DNA from: a virus
Lineage: Duplodnaviria; Caudoviricetes
Virus record (IMG/VR): IMGVR_UViG_3300028805_000086
Span: 31,643 to 95,642 of that record
Direction: 5' to 3' (one strand)
Length of the DNA: 64,000 nucleotides
Shown here: one piece after another, positions 56,101 through 64,000 of the stretch
Position numbering within the stretch: the stretch's first letter is position 1
Layout of the letters: each line of letters starts with the position of its first letter
Translations under genes and position numbers: made by a program
Notes under the pieces: generated by a model
Told to the model about the DNA's origin: nothing
Databases searched by the model: none
What the model saw: only the letters and a program-made list of their open reading frames with translations

Positions 56101-57430
56101 TAAGGATTATGAAACAGCTTCTAAAATGCTGGATGGAAAGCTTGCAAAATTTCTTACCGATAAAGATCAGGCAAAAGCTTTGAGCCAGGCTTTGAAAATT
56201 GCAATTAATAGTGTATATGGATTGACGGCTGCCAGCTTTGATAATAAGTTCAGAGATCCTAGAAATATTGATAATTGGGTTGCAAAGCGTGGTGCACTAT
56301 TTATGGAGACTCTTCGTTTGAAGGTCTTAGAGATGGGCGGAAAGGTCGTCCATATTAAGACCGACTCGATTAAGGTCGAAGAGCCAAGTGAGGAAATAAA
56401 GCGGTTTATTATCGAATACGGGCATGAATATGGATATACTTTTGAAATAGAAGATATTTATGAAAAAATATGCCTTGTAAATGATGCTGTTTATATTGCC
56501 TTACGGGACAGGAATGATCCGGGATGGCTTGATGAATGTGATAAAGCACAGAAAAACAATAAGCCGATTCCGACAAGATGGGCTGCAACTGGCGCGCAAT
56601 TTATGCATCCATATGTATTTAAGAAGTTGTTTAGTCATGAGCCGATTGAATTTGATGATCTTTGCGAAACAAAGACCGTTACCAGTGCTTTATATTTGGA
56701 TCTTAATGAAAAACTTAGTGATGTAAGCGAATATGAAAAAGATCTGGAAAAAACGATAAAGCGGGTTAAAACTTTGCTAAAGATTTATGGATATCCTGGG
56801 TCATATGATGATTGGCGGAATAATAAAATTATGTTGGCTGGTTCGTCAAACAATATAAGCGATATTGATAAAGAACAAATAAATGAAGAATTAAAAGATC
56901 TGTATAAAGATGTTTTAGTTCTTGAAGAAATGATTGCCGAAGGCCATAACTATGTATTCGTTGGAAAAGCTGGAAGATTCTGTCCTATTAAATCTGGCTT
57001 TAATGGCGGTATTCTTTGTCGTGAAAAAGATGGAAAATTCTATGCAGCGACTGGAAGCAAAGGTTATAGATGGCAGGAAGGTGAGAGACTTCAAAGCGTT
57101 GATCGAATGGATCTAATTGATATGACTTATTTTGACAGTCTTGCAGAGGATGCAAAAGAAGCCATTAAGGTTTATGGCGATTTCGATCAATTTGTGAGTG
57201 AAGAACCAGCGAATAATTATCTTGAGGAAATTGAGAATGCAGAGCTTAAGCATTCACATCCAGATACTCCACCATGGGCTCATCCTTGTGGAGAAGATAA
57301 GTATGCGTTCTGTTCCGAATGTTCGGAATATTATGAAGAAGATGGGATGTCGCATTGTCATCTCGGTTACAACTTAAACGATTATTATTGGGCAAAGGAG
57401 AGAAAATATAATGAGCAATTATCAGAATAA
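53105..57430 (+). CDS. Multifunctional replicase: SF3/D5-like helicase + primase-polymerase-like domain + 3'-5' exonuclease + family-B DNA polymerase
   Basis: Walker A GDPGAGKGT; HIVIDFD...HLHY; FYDIEVY, GFN..YD; DVASMHP, KIAINSVYG, HIKTDS. Confidence 0.88.
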   Translation: MKLDFYKINTSYPKKNLCEISAEFLIKPSKDLMIRGGEFYAALNKDTGLWTTNLYDVQEWIDEELFKCKTERESLMNNSEYLVTIKNLGSYRTKAWKEFLGYLDSLPDHYKQLDSKLCFSNTKIKPDDYISKQLPYPLEKGNYDAWDEIVGTLYDPEEREKIEWCIGAVVSGDSRSIQKFLVFNGDPGAGKGTILKVIRKLFDGYCASFNAKSLTQSNKEFAMETFRSNPLVAIQEDGDLSKIEDNTKLNSVVSHETMEMNEKYKSSYDFTPRAFLFMASNKPVKITDAKSGIIRRLIDVRPNGNHIERSRYDMLMAQIDFELSGIAWHCLEVYREKGKKYYDGYRPMEMIYQTDPFFNFMEFNYDTFATDNGVSLKNAYAMWKEYCEASGVNVNLYKMYELREELKSYFKNFDELTRIDGVQVRSYYSDFIKTKFKNGVSPKKRRPGQEEKALGLVLDQTVSPLDDILKDCLAQYGEKKGDGSKPKEPWSKVKSKLCDLDTKQLHFVLLPKNHIVIDFDLKNEKGEKDRQKNLEAAAKWPRTYAEFSQGGNGVHLHYIYDGNVEELDSLYDKDIEVKVYSGHASLRRKLSLCNNLPVAVLNCGLPRKEVSKVIDFEAVKDEKHLRAIIAKCLKKETKQPYTKPCMDLIKKTLDDAYKASLNYDIRDMRPAIMAFASKSHNQKEVCLKIANDLHYSGKLQEGNGLDKPVRIIKEKVQMEQESDLVFYDIEVYPNLLLICWKESGEGKPVHSLTNPTKEAIEHLMKMKLVGFNCRRYDNHVIYARYLGYNNDQIYRLSQRIINGSQNAMFGNAYDISYTDVYDFAAKKQSLKKWEIELGIHHQEMGIPWDQPVPEDRWNEVIGYCSNDVIATEAVFNHLSGDFQARKILAEIAGMNVNATTNQLTTRIIFGDAVDPQKQFIYPDLKKKFPGYVFENGKSYYKGELIGEGGRVYAVPGIYHNVITFDVASMHPHSIIAENGFGPFTERFKQLLDIRIAIKHKDYETASKMLDGKLAKFLTDKDQAKALSQALKIAINSVYGLTAASFDNKFRDPRNIDNWVAKRGALFMETLRLKVLEMGGKVVHIKTDSIKVEEPSEEIKRFIIEYGHEYGYTFEIEDIYEKICLVNDAVYIALRDRNDPGWLDECDKAQKNNKPIPTRWAATGAQFMHPYVFKKLFSHEPIEFDDLCETKTVTSALYLDLNEKLSDVSEYEKDLEKTIKRVKTLLKIYGYPGSYDDWRNNKIMLAGSSNNISDIDKEQINEELKDLYKDVLVLEEMIAEGHNYVFVGKAGRFCPIKSGFNGGILCREKDGKFYAATGSKGYRWQEGERLQSVDRMDLIDMTYFDSLAEDAKEAIKVYGDFDQFVSEEPANNYLEEIENAELKHSHPDTPPWAHPCGEDKYAFCSECSEYYEEDGMSHCHLGYNLNDYYWAKERKYNEQLSE

Positions 57431-57944
57431 CAATTATAAATTTATTGAACCACTTGTAGTTACCGATGCACATATTGTTATGAAGACACGGAATTTTAGC
57501 GGAAACAATCCAGGGAAATTTGATCGTCCTGATCAGCGCGGCCGTATGCCGCGTTCTTTTTCTATTATCATCGATCCTGAGAAGTTTGATATTCCGAAAC
57601 TTCAGGAGATTGGCTGGAACATTAAAATTGGTAAACCGAATCCCGAAGATCCAGATTATGTTCCGAGTTTCTATTTGAGGGTACATGCCGATTGGTATGA
57701 TGAAGATGAACCGAAATACAGATACAATCCGATTATCGTGAAAGACACGAGTGAAGGCAGAATCCAGCTGGATAAAGAAACCGTTAAAGAGTTGGATGTC
57801 GCTGAAATTGAAAAAGTAAATATGGTCATCAAAGGACGCTGGTCTGAAACACCGAGTTATACAGGTGTTGTTGCCGATCTTAAGAAGATGGGCGTTAAAT
57901 TGAGCGAAGATGAAGATCTTTCCGATCTCTTCGAAGGAATGTAA
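57411..57944 (+). CDS. Putative single-stranded DNA-binding protein
   Basis: RNFSG motif, acidic C-terminal tail, position after the polymerase. Confidence 0.55.
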   Translation: MSNYQNNNYKFIEPLVVTDAHIVMKTRNFSGNNPGKFDRPDQRGRMPRSFSIIIDPEKFDIPKLQEIGWNIKIGKPNPEDPDYVPSFYLRVHADWYDEDEPKYRYNPIIVKDTSEGRIQLDKETVKELDVAEIEKVNMVIKGRWSETPSYTGVVADLKKMGVKLSEDEDLSDLFEGM

Positions 57945-57968
57945 TTATTTTATAGGAGGACTATTAAA

Positions 57969-58478
57969 ATGGGTAATGAACTGAAACTTTCTTCCCCGTG
58001 GCAGACTTATGTTAATGAACTGATGGCTATGTTTAAAGATGACCCTGAAGTGACTATCAAATTCGATGACGAATCAAAGATCGTTAAGATTTATGCTGCT
58101 AAATCTTCAAAAGCATCAGCATTGGAGACACTTCTTAAGCATGAGGTTACGTTTGGAAAAGTAACACTTAAAGTTGAGGTCGTTCCTCCGAATACAGATA
58201 CTGTTGATATTCTTGAAGCTTTTGATGATGCTTTTAGCGGAAATCCGGCGATGTCTTATACCTTCCCAATTGAAAGTCCTATCGGCACTTTCCGGTATGT
58301 TGTATTTAAGAATGAGGTAGTTCAGTTCTTTAATGATCAGTTGGATGATATTAATGGAAATTGGTCTACACTTTATCAGAACATTGCTAAAGATATTTTC
58401 GATGAGCATCTGTCTGTAAATTATTGTACTGATATAAAAGATAAAAAATTGGCTAAGCCTCTTGGCGAATGGCCGTAA
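57969..58478 (+). CDS. Conserved hypothetical protein (LSSPW...VVQFFND)
   Basis: RBS AGGAGG; 169 aa. Confidence 0.6.
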   Translation: MGNELKLSSPWQTYVNELMAMFKDDPEVTIKFDDESKIVKIYAAKSSKASALETLLKHEVTFGKVTLKVEVVPPNTDTVDILEAFDDAFSGNPAMSYTFPIESPIGTFRYVVFKNEVVQFFNDQLDDINGNWSTLYQNIAKDIFDEHLSVNYCTDIKDKKLAKPLGEWP

Positions 58479-58505
58479 TTGATATTTTGAAAGGAGCCGC
58501 ATAGG

Positions 58506-59687
58506 ATGGTACAGTTGTTTGATCATCAGCGTAAAGCGCTCGAAAGATTACACAATGGCTCCATCCTATGCGGTGGAGTCGGGAGCGGAAAATCTATTAC
58601 CGGAATTGCGTGGTATTGGAAGAATACAGTTGAGCCGCCAATACTCGATTCCGGAAAAAATAGAAATCTATTTATAATTACAACCGCCCGAAAGCGAGAT
58701 ACTCTTGAATGGGAAAAAGAATGTGCTCAATTTGGTCTGTCTTCGGATATTAATGTTAGCTATAAAGGAATTAAAGTCACAGTTGATAGTTGGAATAATA
58801 TTGGTAAATACATTGATATCGAAGGTAGTACATTTTTATTCGATGAACAAAGAGTCGTTGGCTATGGAGCATGGGTTAAAAGCTTTTTAAAGATAACAAA
58901 GAAAAATAGTTGGATATTATTAAGTGCCACGCCAGGAGACACTTGGATTGATTATATTCCAGTTTTTATAGCTAATGGCTTTTATAAAAATAAAACCGAA
59001 TTTATTAGGCGACATGTTATTTATAATCAGTTCACGAAATATCCAAGTATTAGTCGTTATGTTGAAGAAAAGCATCTTAATAGACTTCGCAATTCAATTC
59101 TTGTTAATATGGATTTTCAAAGGGAGACGATACCTCATCATGAGAGGATTATACTCCCTTATGATCGTTCAAAGTATGATGATGTTATGCGAAGAAGATG
59201 GAATATTTATAAAAATGCTCCAATAGCGGAAGCCAGTGAACTTTGTCAAACACTTCGCAGAATTGTTAATAGTGATGCAGGCCGTAAAGAAGCTATAGAA
59301 TGGCTTATGGAAAAACATCCTAAAGTTATAATCTTTTATAATTATGATTATGAATTAGAAATTCTCAGAACTTTAGGATGCAAGACAACTGAATGGAATG
59401 GCCATAAGCATGAGCCGATCAGTGGAGGATCCAGTTGGGCATATCTGGTTCAGTACACAGCCGGAGCTGAAGGCTGGAATTGTATAGAAACAGATACTAT
59501 TATTTTTTACAGTCAAAGTTATAGTTATAAGCAAATGGTTCAGGCAGCAGGAAGAATTGATCGACTGAATACTCCGTTTGTAGACTTATACTATTATCAT
59601 TTTACAAGTATGAGCAAAATAGATTTAGCTATAACAAGAGCTTTAAAACAAAAGAAAAATTTTAATGAGAGTCGGTTCTTAGAATGA
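58506..59687 (+). CDS. SF2 DNA helicase
   Basis: GGVGSGKS, FDEQ, LSATP, QAAGRIDR. Confidence 0.88.
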   Translation: MVQLFDHQRKALERLHNGSILCGGVGSGKSITGIAWYWKNTVEPPILDSGKNRNLFIITTARKRDTLEWEKECAQFGLSSDINVSYKGIKVTVDSWNNIGKYIDIEGSTFLFDEQRVVGYGAWVKSFLKITKKNSWILLSATPGDTWIDYIPVFIANGFYKNKTEFIRRHVIYNQFTKYPSISRYVEEKHLNRLRNSILVNMDFQRETIPHHERIILPYDRSKYDDVMRRRWNIYKNAPIAEASELCQTLRRIVNSDAGRKEAIEWLMEKHPKVIIFYNYDYELEILRTLGCKTTEWNGHKHEPISGGSSWAYLVQYTAGAEGWNCIETDTIIFYSQSYSYKQMVQAAGRIDRLNTPFVDLYYYHFTSMSKIDLAITRALKQKKNFNESRFLE

Positions 59688-59846
59688 AGCCTCGACTATC
59701 GTGAGTAGTTCTCCGTTTTTGCAGACCCCGCACGAAAAACATGCATAGTAATGGAAAGAGAAGACTTTGTTTTACGCAAATTAAAGCATTGCCTTCTCTT
59801 TTTTGCGCATTATGCGCATGCAATGATTTGTTTTTGAAAAGGAGGG

Positions 59847-60152
59847 ATGCCTATGGGCAAGGAAAGTGAATTCCAAGCACGATTGATTCGAAGACTGAAG
59901 ATCACTTTTCCAGGTTGCATCGTATTAAAGAATGATGCTACTTATATTCAAGGGTTTCCCGATTTAACAATACTTTTTAAAAACAAATGGGCGTTGCTCG
60001 AATGCAAACGGAAGAATGAAGCTCACAAACAACCGAATCAGGAATACTACGTTACGAAGGGAAATGAAATGTCCTTTGCTGCTTTTATTTCCCCGGACAA
60101 TGAGGAGGAAGTTTTAAGTGATCTTCAACAAGCATTTGGAGCTGGAGGGTAA
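59847..60152 (+). CDS. VRR-NUC-like PD-(D/E)xK nuclease
   Basis: KESEFQ...GFPDL...LECK...PNQ. Confidence 0.8.
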   Translation: MPMGKESEFQARLIRRLKITFPGCIVLKNDATYIQGFPDLTILFKNKWALLECKRKNEAHKQPNQEYYVTKGNEMSFAAFISPDNEEEVLSDLQQAFGAGG

Positions 60153-60756
60153 ACATGCTTTATTAAGTCCTAGTAAACATTATTGGATAAACTATGACGA
60201 TGAAGCATTGATAAAGAGTTATATTTCAAGCTATGCTACTGACATAGGAACTTTAGTGCACGACTACGCTAAAGATAGAATTCGATATCGTTTACCTTTG
60301 GAAGATTGCGCTCCGGAAAAGAATGCATTGCTGGCTTTCTTACTTAGAAACTACATACCATTCATTGCTATAGACTTGGACCGATTATTTTACAATCTTG
60401 TTCCATATGTTAACGATGCTATTGGTTTCAAATTGGAAAGCGAAGTAGTGCTCAAATATTCAGATCTTTGCTTTGGCACAGCTGATGCAATTGGCGTGCG
60501 AAGAGGCATGCTCCGGATTCATGATCTGAAGACCGGAGTATCGCCAGCTTCGATGGACCAGTTGCTTCTGTATGCCGGTTTATTTTTCCATGAATACAAA
60601 AGGGATTATCGACCGACAACTATGAAAGTAGAGTTACGAATTTATCAGAATCAAGAAGTGTTGATTCATAATCCGACAACTGAAGAGATAAAAGGAGTCA
60701 TGGAGAAAATCTCCCATGGTGACATGGTGATTAATAAACGAATAGTGGAGGTCTGA
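60118..60756 (+). CDS. PD-(D/E)xK exonuclease (DUF2800/Cas4-like)
   Basis: HALLSPS, GTLVH, FGTADAI, IHDLKTG, QLLLYA. Confidence 0.8.
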   Translation: MIFNKHLELEGKHALLSPSKHYWINYDDEALIKSYISSYATDIGTLVHDYAKDRIRYRLPLEDCAPEKNALLAFLLRNYIPFIAIDLDRLFYNLVPYVNDAIGFKLESEVVLKYSDLCFGTADAIGVRRGMLRIHDLKTGVSPASMDQLLLYAGLFFHEYKRDYRPTTMKVELRIYQNQEVLIHNPTTEEIKGVMEKISHGDMVINKRIVEV

Positions 60757-60760
60757 TGTC

Positions 60761-63565
60761 ATGAAAGAATCGGAACAAAACGGGTACCGCGCTGAATCAT
60801 TGTTATATGATGACAGCGAGTACAAAGAAGATTATGGTACACCAAGACATTCTGGTAGGTATCCATGGGGAAGCGGGGACAATCCTTATCAGCGTTATGC
60901 TGATTTTCTTGCAAATTATGACAAGCTAAAAGATAAAGGACTCTCCCAAAAAGAGATCGCTAAAAGCATGAAGATGACAACCTCGGTTCTTCGTGCAAAG
61001 ATTTCATATGCAAATGATGAATTGAGAAAAGAGCAAGCTACATTTGCTATGAAATTGAAAGACAAAGGTTATTCTAATTCAGCAATTGCTAAGCGGATGG
61101 ATCTTCCTAGTGAAAGTTCTGTTAGAAGTTTGCTGAAACCTGTTAGCGATCAACGTGCTAGACAGACCGAAAATTTGATGAATGTTTTAAAGAAGACCGT
61201 CGATGAAGGTAAATATGTAGATGTTGGCGGTGGCACTGAGTTGCGGCTTAATGTAAGTGAACAAAAATTGAAGAATGCTTGTATTCTTCTTGAAGAACAA
61301 GGATATAAGATTCATTCGTTCAAAGTTCAACAAGCTGGAACGCCTTATAAAACGACGTTGAAAATCCTCACGAAAGATGACGTTCCCGAAACAGATGTTA
61401 GGGCTCATAAAGGAGACGTTGTTATCCCGAATTATTATAGTGAGGATCATGGTTATACTTTAAAAGAAGTAGAAAAACCGGTTGCTATTGATGGCAGCCG
61501 TATTTTTGTTCGGTATAAAGATGAAGGCGGAAAAGAACGTGATGGCACGATCGAAATCCGTAGAAATGTAGAAGATTTGGATTTGCATAATGCACTGTAT
61601 GCTCAGGTTCGGATTGCTGTAAAAGAAGATCCCAAAGCAACAGAAGGATCACATTATTTGAAAGGCGTTGCTTTATACTCGGACGATATTCCGAAGGGCT
61701 ACGATGTGGTTGTTAATTCTAATAAGCCTAGAGGAACAGACTTATTCGGTAGTTCGTCTGATACATCTGTATTTAAGCCGATTAAACCCGATGCAGATCC
61801 TAATAATCCTTTTGGTGCCACAATAAAAGATGATAAAGATCTTATTAGAGCCCAACGTCATTACATAGGCTCTGATGGAAAAGAGCATCTTAGTGCATTG
61901 AATATCGTTAACGAAGAAGGCAATTGGGGCGAATGGGCTAAAACTCTTTCAAGTCAATTCTTGGGTAAACAGAGACCTCCGCTTATTCGTACTCAGCTTA
62001 AAGAGGCTTACGATATTCGTAAAGATGAATTTGATGAGATTAATTCTCTTACCAATGCGGCAGTTAAACAGAAGCTTATGGCTTCTTTTGCTGATGATTG
62101 TGATGCCGCAGCAGTTCATCTGAAAGGCGCAAGTATGCCTCGCCAAAGGAGTCAGCTCATTCTTCCTATGCCTTGGCTTAAAGAAGATGAGTGTTATGCT
62201 CCTAATTATCATGATGGAGAAAAGGTAGTTCTTATTCGTTATCCGCATGCTGGGTTATTTGAGATTCCAGAACTTACTGTAAATAACCGAGATGCAAAAG
62301 CTAAGAGTCTTTTGAAACATCCTGATGGAACCGATGCTCGAGATGCTATCGGCATTCATCCTGCAGCTGCTCAAAAGTTATCTGGTGCAGACTTTGATGG
62401 TGATACTGTGCTTGTTATCCCGAATAACGATCATCGAGTTGTTTCCAGACCTCTTACCGAAACCCTTAAGAATTTTGATACTGATATGTATCAATTACCA
62501 GAATCTGCTCCTAAAGTAGATAAAGCTCATGGCTTTAATAAACAACGCGAAATGGGCGAAGTATCAAATCTTATTACAGATATGACAATCAAAGGTGCAA
62601 CAATGCCTGAAATCGAAAGAGCTGTTAAGCATTCAATGGTGGTTATTGATGCAGAAAAACATCATTTGGATTGGCGTAGATCAGCTTTAGAAAATGGTAT
62701 TGCCGAACTTAAGACTAAATATCAAGGCGGTCCAAGAGCTGGTGCTTCAACTCTTATGAGCCGTGCTAAAGGCCAGGCCCATCCATTAGAGCGTAAACTT
62801 ATTACTAATCCTAATCTCATGACTGCTGAAGAACGAGCTCGATATTTGAATGGTGAGAAAGTCTATAGAGACACTGGAAGAACTCATATTAATAAAGACG
62901 GTAAGATTGTTCAGACTAAAATAAATTCTAATAAGATGACAGAGGCATTTGTTCAAGGTAAAGATGCATTTGCGTTATCATCAGGCAGCATTCAAGAAAC
63001 GATCTATGCGAATTTTGCTAATCGACTTAAGAATCTTGGCAATGAGGCTCGTAAAGTTTCTATATTAACAAAGCCTGAAGAATACAGTCCATCTGCCGCT
63101 AAAGCTTATGCTGTAGAAGTAAATTCTCTTAAGAAGAAGCTATATTTAGCTGAACTTAATAGACCTCTTGAACGTAAAGCACAGCTTCTTACTTCACAGA
63201 AATTGAGAGCATACATGCAGTCTAATCCGGATCTTGATCATGATGAGATTAAGAAACTAAAAGGTAGATTCATTAAAGAATCTAGAGATGCTATTGGAGC
63301 TGGAAAGGCTATCATTGACATTAAGCCAAGAGAATGGGAAGCTATTCAAGCACATGCTATCTCGAATAATACACTTAAAAAGATCCTTAATAATAGCGAT
63401 ATGGATCAGGTTAAGCAATTAGCTATGCCTAGATCCTCGCCGATGATGTCTACTGCTAAAGTAACTAGAGCTCGCAACATGCTTAAGCAAGGTCGTACGA
63501 CTGCTGAAGTCGCTGAAGCACTTGACGTGTCTGTAAGCACTCTTCAGAAAGCCCTTGACACTTAA
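60761..63565 (+). CDS. Putative single-chain two-barrel (double-psi beta-barrel) RNA polymerase with terminal HTH domains
   Basis: QVRI, YLKG, RYPH and LSGADFDGD (DxDGD at 62390-62404). HTH-like segments at the N-terminus (GLSQKEIAKSM, GYSNSAIAKRM) and C-terminus (TTAEVAEALDVSVSTL). Confidence 0.78.
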   Translation: MKESEQNGYRAESLLYDDSEYKEDYGTPRHSGRYPWGSGDNPYQRYADFLANYDKLKDKGLSQKEIAKSMKMTTSVLRAKISYANDELRKEQATFAMKLKDKGYSNSAIAKRMDLPSESSVRSLLKPVSDQRARQTENLMNVLKKTVDEGKYVDVGGGTELRLNVSEQKLKNACILLEEQGYKIHSFKVQQAGTPYKTTLKILTKDDVPETDVRAHKGDVVIPNYYSEDHGYTLKEVEKPVAIDGSRIFVRYKDEGGKERDGTIEIRRNVEDLDLHNALYAQVRIAVKEDPKATEGSHYLKGVALYSDDIPKGYDVVVNSNKPRGTDLFGSSSDTSVFKPIKPDADPNNPFGATIKDDKDLIRAQRHYIGSDGKEHLSALNIVNEEGNWGEWAKTLSSQFLGKQRPPLIRTQLKEAYDIRKDEFDEINSLTNAAVKQKLMASFADDCDAAAVHLKGASMPRQRSQLILPMPWLKEDECYAPNYHDGEKVVLIRYPHAGLFEIPELTVNNRDAKAKSLLKHPDGTDARDAIGIHPAAAQKLSGADFDGDTVLVIPNNDHRVVSRPLTETLKNFDTDMYQLPESAPKVDKAHGFNKQREMGEVSNLITDMTIKGATMPEIERAVKHSMVVIDAEKHHLDWRRSALENGIAELKTKYQGGPRAGASTLMSRAKGQAHPLERKLITNPNLMTAEERARYLNGEKVYRDTGRTHINKDGKIVQTKINSNKMTEAFVQGKDAFALSSGSIQETIYANFANRLKNLGNEARKVSILTKPEEYSPSAAKAYAVEVNSLKKKLYLAELNRPLERKAQLLTSQKLRAYMQSNPDLDHDEIKKLKGRFIKESRDAIGAGKAIIDIKPREWEAIQAHAISNNTLKKILNNSDMDQVKQLAMPRSSPMMSTAKVTRARNMLKQGRTTAEVAEALDVSVSTLQKALDT

Positions 63566-63616
63566 TGGCATGCCACTAAAGTTTCTTTAGTCAGTAAATG
63601 AAAGGAGGCATGCCCG

Positions 63617-63916
63617 TTGATTAACCCTGAAATTGGGTTGACAACATCCGACAATCCATACAATCCGCTTACTGACTATGACCGTTGGGAAGCGTTCGAT
63701 CGTCAAATGGGTTATGGTACCAATGAGTACCTTGCAAGAGTTACAAGAACCACCCATGATTATGGCGAGGATACATACACTGAAGACATTGAGAGATCGA
63801 TTGATGAAATCGTTGCTCTTAACTTGATCGCAGTAACTAATCCAGGTATCTCGTATGTCAAAGTTGTTGGCAATCCAGAAGAAACTAATGACAAGACTGA
63901 CAAGGTTGAGGAATAA
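63617..63916 (+). CDS. Conserved hypothetical protein (LTTSDNPYNP..YD.W..FD...GY.T..YLAR)
   Basis: RBS AAGGAGG; follows the RNAP gene. Confidence 0.6.
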   Translation: MINPEIGLTTSDNPYNPLTDYDRWEAFDRQMGYGTNEYLARVTRTTHDYGEDTYTEDIERSIDEIVALNLIAVTNPGISYVKVVGNPEETNDKTDKVEE

Positions 63917-64000
63917 AATATGAAATATAGATACCCTCTTTCAGGAACGCGTACCCGGGGGAGGGGTCTCCTCAACGACACCCCTTAATTCATCGCGCCT

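Larger units (their letters stand above)
9624..59753 (+). promoter_or_regulatory. Dispersed fixed-spacing motif YCGC-N6-AACA-N7-WAATR (38 copies), putative phage promoter
   Basis: CGC at 9624, 9870, 10103, 10354, 10597, 11148, 11668, 11806, 12025, 12231, 12570, 12893, 13285, 13668 (CGT), 15221, 15693, 16714, 17008, 17479, 17958, 18224, 18598, 19023, 19286, 19598, 19994, 20371, 22196, 23724, 27148, 28150, 28564, 29590, 32462, 43937, 44606, 47358, 59729. All are on the + strand, mostly right after a terminator and just before an RBS. Confidence 0.8.

Noticed and set aside
60118-60756. Cas4 as evidence of a CRISPR-Cas system
   Set aside because: It lacks the Fe-S cysteines and sits in the replication/recombination module, typical of phage PD-(D/E)xK nucleases.
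36-63981. Minus-strand ORFs in the ORF track (e.g. 22039-22641, 50089-50706, 54629-55255)
   Set aside because: They are shadows of + strand genes, with no RBS or recognisable motifs.

Overview
This window is about 64 kb of a low-GC tailed-phage genome, probably infecting a Firmicutes/Clostridia host (inferred from strong AGGAGG RBSs, the holin type and the gene content). Essentially every gene is on the + strand. Gene order: end of the tail-fibre region; a cluster of small hypothetical genes; the lysis cassette (6.8-9.6 kb); a long accessory region of single-gene units; a tyrosine integrase with a tRNA-Lys(CTT) 3'-half attP; a mosaic array of small Cys-rich ORFs; ThyX; an iterated ori-like region; a 1441-aa primase/helicase/family-B polymerase fusion; SSB-like, helicase and nuclease genes; and a 934-aa single-chain two-barrel RNA polymerase candidate (LSGADFDGD). 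The accessory units are mostly built as terminator + fixed-spacing motif CGC-N6-AACA-N7-WAATR + RBS + ORF, and I found 38 copies of the motif by eye. The most striking unexplained signal is a tandem array of six covarying structured-RNA units (24326-24821; AGCTA-stem-TACTWC). It lies directly upstream of a split TROVE-like/TerD gene pair, making a candidate phage ribonucleoprotein system analogous to Ro60/Y RNA. Other leads: the repeated motif as the promoter of the phage RNAP; two small proteins that copy domains of that RNAP; several motif-driven ncRNAs, one with complementary loops; a tRNA-like RNA carrying an anti-Shine-Dalgarno loop; and mini gene cassettes flanked by direct repeats. All family assignments come from motif recognition only; no database searches were run.
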